This document shows, one piece after another, positions 21,791 to 29,968 of a DNA stretch of 39,371 nucleotides. The notes below the pieces were generated by a model that was not told the DNA's origin, ran no database searches, and was given only the letters and a program-made list of their open reading frames with translations. The stretch's first letter is position 1; every line of letters starts with the position of its first letter. Source of the stretch: Chrysochromulina tobinii (Eukaryota); contig JWZX01002876.1 of NCBI GenBank assembly GCA_001275005.1, positions 1 to 39,371 of the forward strand. Direction: 5' to 3'. The position numbers and the translations under genes are program-made.

Positions 21791-24700
21791 TCAGCCCCAC
21801 GTAAAGGCAGGCGGCGCGTGAATGGTCGGATTGGCCGAGGGCGGCGGCATCGCGGGCGGCTTGGCGTAGGTCAGCGGACGGACCGGCGGGACGGTGTTCG
21901 GAACGGGCGTCGAGAGCAGCTGAGATGCATAAGCGGGCGGCGCCGAAGTCGATGCGAGCTGAGAGTAGGTTGGCGGCGAGGCATACGAGGCCGCCGCTGA
22001 CATCGTGTAGGCGGGTGGCGGCCGCGCGACGCCCGGTACAGTGACCCCCGGGACGGCCGAAGACACCATGCCGTACGAGGGCGGTGCCGCCGGCGTCGGC
22101 GCGGAGCCGTACCGTATCGCCGTCGTGGTTGCGGGTGGTGTTATCGCAGGCGTCGTGGTGCTCTTCGACTCTCGCATAGCCCAAGCGAGCTGCGCTTCCT
22201 CCGACGCTCCCTCCGCCGAGGCCGGAGAGTACGTGGGCGGCGGCGCCGGCGCCGAGTACGTGTACGGCGGCGGCGCGAAGCTTGTGGTGGTGGTGGTGGT
22301 CGCTGGCGGCGGGGGCTTGTGGGCACGTGGCGGTGGGTTTGCTAAAGGCACATGCGCCGGCGGCGGAGCGGCGGGCGAGTAGGAAGGGGGCGTTGAGCGT
22401 GGGGAGGTCGCCACCGGAGAGAATGCTGGCGAGAAGGCCGTTGGCACACGCGAGAGCGGCGCGCCAACCGGCGGAGGTGCTCGCTGTGTCGCCTCGGCCG
22501 CGCTCTGTGCCATGGCCCACGCCAGCTGCTCCTCCTCCGATGCTGAGGCCGAGGGCGGTGGCGGCGCCCTTGCGTTGACAGGCGAGGGCGAGCGCGGCGG
22601 CGCGCCCTGTTGCGACTGTGCCATGGCCCACGCCAGCTGCTCCTCCTCTGATGCTGAGGCCGAGGGCGGCGGCACGGGGCGCGCTTGATAGGGCGGTAGC
22701 GCCGCCGCAGGCGCCGCACGTGGCGGCGGCGGAGAGAACGTCGTTAGCTGAGGCGATGAGAATGTCGTTGGCGGCGGCGGTGAAAACGTCGTTGGTGGTG
22801 CAAAGCCGCGCGCGCTGCCCGGACTCTCGGCAAACATCGGGGGGGCGGCAAAGGGCGTTGCCTTCGCGGACAGCGAGGGCGGGGCGAGCGGCGGGGTGAG
22901 CGGCGGGGCGGTGGTCCGCATGGCGTTCGGGGCGCTCGACGGCGGCGCGGTGGGCGGCACGACTGGCGGAACGAGCGGCGCTGCAGGCTTTGGTGGGGTC
23001 ATCATTGGATGTACGACTGGCGGGGGCGCGGCGTATGCCGCCATCGACGTAGGCGGCTGAAAGGGCGGCGGCGGCGCGCCTACGTTTGGCGGCGCGCGGT
23101 GAGGAGCGGAGGCCACCATCGCCGACGGCGCGGGGTAGGCGGGCGAGGGCGTGGCAAGTGGGGGACGCGCCTCATCTTGCAGGTCACTCGTCCTTGCCCA
23201 TCTCGAAGCTGCGTATAGCGAGAGGGAAGGAGGCGGGAACCGGTCGAGCTCAAGCTGGTGCTCCGGCTCCTGCCTCTGGAGCTGCTGCTGCTGTGTCGCC
23301 TCGGCCGCGCTCTGTGCCATGGCCCACGCCAGCTGCTCCTCCTCCGATGCTGAGGCCGAGGGCGGTGGCGGCGCCCTTGCGTTTACAGGCGAGGGCGAGC
23401 GCGGCGGCGCGCCCTGTTGCGACTGTGCCATGGCCCACGCCAGCTGCTCCTCCTCTGACGGCACTTGAGAACCATCGGCGTCAACTGCCCGGGACGGCGT
23501 GGCCTCTGCTGCGGCTGTGCGCAGGGCACGAGTCATGGCCTCATCGGCCGGGAGCCTCGCAGGCGCATCAGGCGCCACGCCACGGAATGAGACGCGTTTC
23601 ACGGCCTGCTTTGGACGGCTGGCCTCGTGGCCGAGCAAGTCCTGAGTGAGCTGGCTGCTCGAGCATCCAAGGGAGCGCGACCACGTGCCGATGCGGGGGC
23701 TCCCATCTGGCGAGGTCGAGGGCGGCGCCTCCCCCTCCGCCCCCGGCGCGAGCGGCGGCGGCGGGCGGCCCGGAGGGGCGCCGAAGCTGGTAAAGGCTGT
23801 CGCCGTGGGCAGACCATCGACCTCGGCCTCGATGACCTCGGCCCACAGGGGCGACTTGGGCGATTCGAACTCGTCGTCCTCGGCCGCAGCCTCTGCGGCC
23901 GCAGCCTCGGCCGCGGCAGCCTTGGCGGCGGCGGCCTGTGCGGCAGCGGCCTGAGCGGCGGCCTGCGCGGCGGCCTCGTGAGCACGGCTCTCATCACGGC
24001 GCACATCGGCCTCCTCTTGAATGTGGAAGAGCAGCTCCGAGCGCTCGAGAGAGCGCGCGGCGGCAAGACCGGCCACGCGCGTTGAGAGCGCCTCGAGCGC
24101 CACCTCGACTTGGTCGTAGAAGGCGGCGCCCTGCGCTACCATGCCGTCGATCTCCTGAAAGGCGCCCACGACGGCGTCGAGTCGCTCGAGGTAGCGCTGG
24201 CGCTCGTCGATGGTAGGGTCGTCGACGCGCGCGCGGGTGAAGGCCTCGTTGGACGTGCGGAGCGCGCCGAGAAGTGACGCCTGCTGCGCCTCCTGATCGG
24301 ACAATCGTTCGGCGTACGGCATGAGCAGGGCGACGTGCGCGGCGATCACTTCCACATTCGAACCGCCGGCGCCGTCACCGCGATAGACAAGCGCATCGGT
24401 GATGGCCCGCTCGCCGAGCGCTCCGCCATCCTCGCACGCGGCGCGCGCCTCGCTCAGCGTCGCATCCATCGCCCTCGCCGTCGTCTCCAGCGACTGGAGC
24501 AGCGCGCGCACATCCTTGGCGCACGGCTCCTCCGCGAGGCTGACGGGCCTGCGCGGTACCTGCTCCGCGAGCACCTCGTACGGCAGCGCGAGCGGCTCGA
24601 GCGCGTCGGCTCGTGCCCCCAGCGCCGCATGGAGCGCGCCGTCGGCATGCCGCGCCGTCGCGAGCTTCTCCCGCAGCGACGAGAGCTCCTCCCGGGCATC

Positions 24701-26326
24701 CATATTGAGCTGGGCAGACGGGAGTGCATGCCATCGAGACCCATGGACGAGATGAAGCTGCCGATCCGCACCCTCCTCAACCTCTAGGGTGGCGTCGATG
24801 TGGTTGGCGAGCGATTCCATATCCTTGGCGCGGTCGGCGAGGTCGTCGATGGCCTCCCGCAGCCACCCGGCGCCGCCGCGCAGCGTCAAGGCATGAAGAG
24901 TCTCCGCGAGGGGCTTCGGGATGGCAGCGAGATGCTCATGAGCGGCGGCGTCGAGCGCATCGGGCAGGTCCATCTCGGCGAGATCCGCACTCGCGAGCTG
25001 CGCGGCGTCCTCGCGCCGCTCGCCCAGCGCGCGCAGGGCGTGGTCGCGCTGCGCTGTGAACACCGACACGTCCCCTAGCACTGCGAGGGGCACGAGTTTG
25101 TAGAACGGGTCACCGCGAGCGCTGCCGGCACTCGCGCTGCTGCCCACCTCGACGCCTTTGGCATATATGGGCGTGGGCGATCCGGGCCTGCTCGCGCCGC
25201 GCGAGGTGCCCGCCGTGCCGCCGCCCTCCGACCGGCCGTCGGCCCTCTGCTGCGGCCCGAGCTCTGCCGGATGGAGCTCGGTGAGCTTGGTCGGCTTCAC
25301 GATGGCCTTGGGCTCGACGGGCGGCAGGGCCTCAATCGAAGGGATGCGCTCATTGTAGACCTGCTCGTTCTCGCGCGCGGCCTTGGCGGTGGCCTTGGCG
25401 ATTGCCTCGTGCGCTTCCGCCTGTGCGAGGAGCACAGGCGGCGGCCCCTGCCGGTTGGCCGACTTGACCAGTGCGGTGAGTATCGCGGTGGCCCGGGAGA
25501 GGCGGCACACTTGCGAACCGTACTCGTGGGCGTTGGCGTGCTCGGCGGCGGCGTGGTACTGGGCCCACCCGCGGAAGAGGGTCGCCTGCCCCTCGAAGGT
25601 CGCCACCCACGTCGTGAGCTTCTGGCGCAGCTCAGCATGCTGCAAGCTCGCAGTCGCCTCCTCATAGAACGTACTCACCTGTGCTGCGAGCTTCGCCACC
25701 ACCGACGGCTTCACCTGGTCGAGCACGGCCTTCAAGTAGAAGCACTGCTGCGCCTGCGCGAGCATCAGGTCCCTCCACGCGCGCACCGCCCGCGGGTGCA
25801 GGTCCGTCGTCACCTCCGCACCGCGCTCGTGCTCGTCGCCCAGCGGCAAGAGCGCGGCGAGTGCCTCGAGTGCGCCCGCTGCCGACTGGAAGGAGGCGCA
25901 GGCGGCGCGCAGGCCCGAGGTGGTGGCGCGGTTCTCGAGCGAGGCGGCGTAGCTGAGCGCCGCCGCCAGGTTGAAGAGCACGCACGCGATCTCAAAGTTG
26001 AGCTCCGGTCGCGACGTCTTCTCGCTTGGCTTGAACGCATCCTTCCAAGTGAACGGCGCCCAGTCCTCCGCGTCCTCCACGACGGTGCCGAAGCGGATGC
26101 GCATGGCGCAGAGCAGCCGGTAGTAGCGCAGCAGCAGCTTCACCGACTCGGACGCATCCTCCTCTTTATGCTTCACCGCGCGCACCTTGTTGCGGAGCGC
26201 AGAGATCTCATTGTAGACTTCGCGGTGCTCCTCAGCCTGCTCAACCGAGTAGGCCATCTTGACGAAGCGGTACAGGCCATCGGTGATATTGGTGTTCTCG
26301 GTTGCCTTGAGCGGCAGGTGCAGCAT
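21791..26326 (-). CDS. BRO1/ALIX-family ESCRT accessory protein (Bro1 domain, V domain, Pro-rich tail with 5 UIM-like motifs)
   Basis: Bro1 hallmarks MLHLPLKAT, FTWKDAF, FEIACVLFNLAA, FQSAAG, LMLAQAQQCFYLKA and ENEQVYNERIP; V-domain end GAAFYDQV...ARSLERSEL. EEEQLAWAMAQS occurs x4 and EEAQLAWAMRES x1. Confidence 0.92.
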   Translation of the reverse strand: MLHLPLKATENTNITDGLYRFVKMAYSVEQAEEHREVYNEISALRNKVRAVKHKEEDASESVKLLLRYYRLLCAMRIRFGTVVEDAEDWAPFTWKDAFKPSEKTSRPELNFEIACVLFNLAAALSYAASLENRATTSGLRAACASFQSAAGALEALAALLPLGDEHERGAEVTTDLHPRAVRAWRDLMLAQAQQCFYLKAVLDQVKPSVVAKLAAQVSTFYEEATASLQHAELRQKLTTWVATFEGQATLFRGWAQYHAAAEHANAHEYGSQVCRLSRATAILTALVKSANRQGPPPVLLAQAEAHEAIAKATAKAARENEQVYNERIPSIEALPPVEPKAIVKPTKLTELHPAELGPQQRADGRSEGGGTAGTSRGASRPGSPTPIYAKGVEVGSSASAGSARGDPFYKLVPLAVLGDVSVFTAQRDHALRALGERREDAAQLASADLAEMDLPDALDAAAHEHLAAIPKPLAETLHALTLRGGAGWLREAIDDLADRAKDMESLANHIDATLEVEEGADRQLHLVHGSRWHALPSAQLNMDAREELSSLREKLATARHADGALHAALGARADALEPLALPYEVLAEQVPRRPVSLAEEPCAKDVRALLQSLETTARAMDATLSEARAACEDGGALGERAITDALVYRGDGAGGSNVEVIAAHVALLMPYAERLSDQEAQQASLLGALRTSNEAFTRARVDDPTIDERQRYLERLDAVVGAFQEIDGMVAQGAAFYDQVEVALEALSTRVAGLAAARSLERSELLFHIQEEADVRRDESRAHEAAAQAAAQAAAAQAAAAKAAAAEAAAAEAAAEDDEFESPKSPLWAEVIEAEVDGLPTATAFTSFGAPPGRPPPPLAPGAEGEAPPSTSPDGSPRIGTWSRSLGCSSSQLTQDLLGHEASRPKQAVKRVSFRGVAPDAPARLPADEAMTRALRTAAAEATPSRAVDADGSQVPSEEEQLAWAMAQSQQGAPPRSPSPVNARAPPPPSASASEEEQLAWAMAQSAAEATQQQQLQRQEPEHQLELDRFPPPSLSLYAASRWARTSDLQDEARPPLATPSPAYPAPSAMVASAPHRAPPNVGAPPPPFQPPTSMAAYAAPPPVVHPMMTPPKPAAPLVPPVVPPTAPPSSAPNAMRTTAPPLTPPLAPPSLSAKATPFAAPPMFAESPGSARGFAPPTTFSPPPPTTFSSPQLTTFSPPPPRAAPAAALPPYQARPVPPPSASASEEEQLAWAMAQSQQGAPPRSPSPVNARAPPPPSASASEEEQLAWAMAQSAAEATQRAPPPVGAPLSRVPTAFSPAFSPVATSPRSTPPSYSPAAPPPAHVPLANPPPRAHKPPPPATTTTTTSFAPPPYTYSAPAPPPTYSPASAEGASEEAQLAWAMRESKSTTTPAITPPATTTAIRYGSAPTPAAPPSYGMVSSAVPGVTVPGVARPPPAYTMSAAASYASPPTYSQLASTSAPPAYASQLLSTPVPNTVPPVRPLTYAKPPAMPPPSANPTIHAPPAFTWG
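22483..23458. repeat. 169-bp dispersed duplication (22483-22651 and 23290-23458), each copy encoding two UIMs
   Basis: The copies differ at one position (gttgaca vs gtttaca). Confidence 0.9.
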
Positions 26327-26544
26327 CGCGCTTGCACGCCGAACACGCGTAAGGCTGCGAGCGCTCCTGGTTGGCGATGGATGGCGAGCACCAACTCGAG
26401 CACCCTCGGCCCCGACCTGGACAAACTTGTCGCACGTTTCACGCAAGTAAAATTATCTGGGGGCCCGTGTCTCGCCAGTGTCTCGCCGCGGCTCGCCTAT
26501 TGACTTGTCTTGTCTTGCAATCGGCCTCGCCCCCACGTCGGTGA

Positions 26545-27363
26545 ATGCAACGAGCTGCGTCGACCCTCGTCGGGCGCGCGGCCGCGTGTCATAGGCCGCT
26601 GGCTGCTGCGCTGGCCATGCGGCCACTCTCGTCCTCCTCGTCCTCCTCCTCCTCCCCCTCCTCCTCGACCGATGGGCGCACCCTCCTCGAGCGAGCGACG
26701 GACGCGGTGGGCATGTCGAGCAAGCGCACGAAGGTGGCGTCAGAAAAGATGAACTCTCAGCTGGCCAGCGGAGCGGGCTGGCGCGCCGCGCTCGAGGTCG
26801 GGCTTGTCGAGCAGCAGCGCCTCAAGCGGCAGGAAATGGTGTCCGAGCAGATCGAGCAGCTCGCGGAGATGCAGACGTACGGCTTCGACGACCTTTCGAA
26901 CCTCTTGAAGAGGTCGCTCCACGAGCTGGAGAACGGCATCACGCAGGTTCAGAAGGCGCGCCTCTTCGCGGACAAGATGAGCGGCGGCTCGATGCAGGAC
27001 ACCATCGACACGCAGAAGGCGACGGCGCAGCGCAAGCTCAGCATCCTCAACGAGCTCACGGTGCACGAGAAGCGGCAGCCGAAGCTGCTCGACCTCAAGG
27101 CACGGCGCGCGATTGCGACCAAGCTGGGCATCGACGTGAAGGCCGTTCACGAGATCCTTTTCGAGTACCAGCTGCAGCGCGCCCAGTGGTCCTTCGTGCG
27201 GCGCGAGCGGCTGCGCGGCCGGCCGGTGCCGAAGCGGAGCGCCGACCTCGAGTGGATGATGAAGATACGGCCCACGCGCGAGTTCATCCACGTGATGAAG
27301 GCGTACGAAGCGTACCGGCAAGGGCTCACAGACGAGCGCAACGCCAAGACTACCAAGCGGTAG
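26545..27363 (+). CDS. Mitochondrion-targeted SRP54/Ffh M-domain-like protein (MAP67-like)
   Basis: The N-terminus is Arg/Ala/Ser-rich with no acidic residues (MQRAASTLVGRAAACHRPLAAALAMRPLSS). The M-domain-like core is YGFDDLSNLL...RKLSILNELTVHEKRQPKLLDLKARRAIATKLGIDVKAVHEILFEY. No NG GTPase domain is present. Confidence 0.65.
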   Translation: MQRAASTLVGRAAACHRPLAAALAMRPLSSSSSSSSSPSSSTDGRTLLERATDAVGMSSKRTKVASEKMNSQLASGAGWRAALEVGLVEQQRLKRQEMVSEQIEQLAEMQTYGFDDLSNLLKRSLHELENGITQVQKARLFADKMSGGSMQDTIDTQKATAQRKLSILNELTVHEKRQPKLLDLKARRAIATKLGIDVKAVHEILFEYQLQRAQWSFVRRERLRGRPVPKRSADLEWMMKIRPTREFIHVMKAYEAYRQGLTDERNAKTTKR

Positions 27364-27915
27364 CGCCGTGCACGTGAGGCCGTGTGTGCCTCCGCAACAA
27401 CGACGGGCCCTCCGACTGCGACTCTCTCGCGACCGTCGCGCAAGGGCCAAGGCCGCCGCAAGCTCGTGCATCCGGTCACGCCGGGTGTGCCCCGGGAAGT
27501 GCGTCGCCCGGTGATCCTTAAATTCGCTTTTACGTTGGTCTGACACAGCGTCGTATGCTTACATCCCCACGTGTACAAACTTCACAATGCGGGCACGGCG
27601 AGTCAGCATCATGCAAACGGTCTCTGGAGCACTGTCGCCCTGAGAGAGTTCAGTCCAAGCTAAAACCGTGCCAAAGCCCTGCTGCTCGCCATCGTGAGCG
27701 ACGCGGTGGCGTCTCGAGCAAGTTGCAGAAGGCTTGGTGATCCTGGGCCTGCGCACGGCAAACGAAACGCGACTTGTCAGGACCGAGCCTCCGCAGCGGG
27801 GCACTGCAGTCGGGGGGGACCGTTCGACGATCGCGTCGTCGATGGGGGGGGGGAGGGATGAAGGGGGGGGGCGCACCCGTCGTGGCCGTTGAAAAGAGTG
27901 CTCGGCGCAACCGAT

Positions 27916-28302
27916 CTACTTCAGCTTCTTCTTGAGCCGGAGCTGGTTCGTGTGGCCACAGACCTTCTTGCGGCAGTTCGTGGCACGCGGCGGCAGGCGA
28001 GCGTAGCAGATGCGGCACACCTTCTTGTCGCAGTTGTACTTCTTCGCGAGCTGGATGAGCGAGGGCTCAATCACACCACCGACCATGCGCGGCAGCATGT
28101 GGACCGTCGCGCCCGCAGTCACACGGGCATCCGCGAGCGGCGCCTCGAGATCAAGCTGCTTGCCCTCGAAGACCAGGCGGACCGCATCGCACGGCACGCC
28201 AGCCTTCAGGCAGAGCGCCGCGCACACATCGGCACCGGTCGCGCACGCCGAGACGTCGACCGCGAGTGTCGCGCCGTCAAAGCCCCTCGCCAGAAGCTGC
28301 AT
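27916..28302 (-). CDS. RPL40: 60S ribosomal protein eL40 fused to a divergent 76-aa ubiquitin-like domain
   Basis: The C-terminal 52 aa (VIEPSL...[38 protein letters not shown]) are eL40. The N-terminal 76 aa end in GG and contain RLVFEGKQL. Confidence 0.95.
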   Translation of the reverse strand: MQLLARGFDGATLAVDVSACATGADVCAALCLKAGVPCDAVRLVFEGKQLDLEAPLADARVTAGATVHMLPRMVGGVIEPSLIQLAKKYNCDKKVCRICYARLPPRATNCRKKVCGHTNQLRLKKKLK

Positions 28303-28573
28303 CGAGGTTCAGTCGTAGACGGCGATCAGGACGACCACGGGGCCTGAGTTCGTGAACCCTTCCTCTTCCATTTCCTATTCACACACAGAGAAACATCCAA
28401 CCGAAACGTGCGATTCGGAAACGACGCGAGCTCTTGCCTTCGTCCCTGCAAATGGCCTGCAAATTCATTGTAAGACCTGCATGCATTTGTTTGCTGCCGG
28501 ACAGGCCAATTGATCTCGGAAAAGCTCCGCCCCCGGCACAACCCAGGGCCTCACCTGATATCCTCTGTGGGAC

Positions 28574-29968
28574 ATGCACACGCGCGGCCGCTGCACGCGC
28601 TTGGGCTTCCAGGCGCACAGCGAGCTCGCCGGCCCCAATTGTACGCGCGTCGTCGCACAAAGCTCTGGCCCGTCGGTGCCAGTCAGCTCCGCCGCCGACA
28701 TCATCGTGGCGGGTTGCGCCAAGAATCTCGCGCACCACAAGGCACCCTTTGTGTGGCTGCTCGGACGCACGTTGCAATTCGCCACGACCTTGATTGTCTA
28801 CGAAGACGGCAGCACCGATGCCACCCGCGCAAGCCTCCTCCAATTCGCCGCCACGTCCCGCCAGCCCGCCAACACACCAACGACCATCCGCTTCATATTT
28901 GCGGACGCCATCGGCGCCTTCTTTGACGGCGACGACAAGCGCGAGCGCAAGCTGGCGCTGTGCCGGCACACGCTGCTGCACGAGGCGCTCGAGCAGTCGC
29001 GCGCTTCCGGCTCGCTCGGCATCGGAAGTGCCTTCTTGGTCGCGCTCGACCTCGATTGCACCCCGCCACAGCTCGAGAGCATCCGCGCCGCGGTGGCGAG
29101 GATGCTGCCGCCGTGGCTCATGACCAACGTGGCAGACGGCTCATCAGACGGCTCACGGTCGCAGCACGGCCAGCAGCATGATGGTCGTCGAGGCTCCTCC
29201 TCCTCAGCGTCGGCCGAGTTCCGAGTTGCTGACGCGACCGCCGCCACCGCTGATGACGACGACGATGTGCTGGTGGAGGCGGCCCTACCTGCCTCGGTAG
29301 CGGCGCCGCCGTATGCGTGGGACGCATGGGACGTGCTCAGCGCAGGGCCGGCCGTAGGAGCCGATTACTACGACCACAGTGCCCTGCGTGCGCCCGTGCT
29401 GAGCCCACACTTTGCGTTCGATTGCTGGTACGACCTGCGCAACGTGGTCAGGTACGGCAATTGCGTCGAGCATCAACTGACGCTGGCGGTGGGCGCGCCG
29501 ATCGTGCCAGTCGAGAGCGCGTTCAACGGACTGGCCGTGTACCGGCTCGCCGCGATCGCGCGCTCTGGCTGCGGCTACGTTCCGTACTACCGCATCACGC
29601 CCCACAGCCACATCCAGCCGGTGGTGGTGCGAGGCGCATGTGAGCATGTAGCCTTCCATCTGTGCCTGCGCCGCGCGCGGCTGCGGCTGGGCATCGATTC
29701 ATCGCTTCCTACAGGCTGTTGGGCCGGCTGGCGCTCGAAGCGTGTCGTGCCCCTCATGCGTGTGCACGTCGGCGCCAATGGCACGCTCGAGCGCACCTTC
29801 AATCCGAATTCGCCCAAGTCGACAACGCGTCTGCTCAACATGTCTTCACGTATGCGCACGCTGCACGCCAATTTGCTCAAGCGCGCCGTGACGGAAACGA
29901 TCCAAGCGAAAGAGCGCGCCACGAGCGCGGCCAGGCTGTGGGGTCGGAGCCCGGATGCTGACATGTGA
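28574..29968 (+). CDS. Glycosyltransferase, CAP59/CMT1-like (GT-A fold)
   Basis: Motifs IIVAGCAKN, VYEDGSTDAT, KLALCRHTLL, DLD (DxD), YYDHSALR, VPVESAFNGLAVY and CEHVAFHLC. Confidence 0.75.
   Translation: MHTRGRCTRLGFQAHSELAGPNCTRVVAQSSGPSVPVSSAADIIVAGCAKNLAHHKAPFVWLLGRTLQFATTLIVYEDGSTDATRASLLQFAATSRQPANTPTTIRFIFADAIGAFFDGDDKRERKLALCRHTLLHEALEQSRASGSLGIGSAFLVALDLDCTPPQLESIRAAVARMLPPWLMTNVADGSSDGSRSQHGQQHDGRRGSSSSASAEFRVADATAATADDDDDVLVEAALPASVAAPPYAWDAWDVLSAGPAVGADYYDHSALRAPVLSPHFAFDCWYDLRNVVRYGNCVEHQLTLAVGAPIVPVESAFNGLAVYRLAAIARSGCGYVPYYRITPHSHIQPVVVRGACEHVAFHLCLRRARLRLGIDSSLPTGCWAGWRSKRVVPLMRVHVGANGTLERTFNPNSPKSTTRLLNMSSRMRTLHANLLKRAVTETIQAKERATSAARLWGRSPDADM

Noticed and set aside
21791..28302. 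Functional 'ubiquitin cluster' linking UIM-BRO1 and the divergent UBL-eL40
   Set aside because: Adjacency in a gene-dense eukaryotic genome is weak evidence, and an unrelated mitochondrial gene lies between them.
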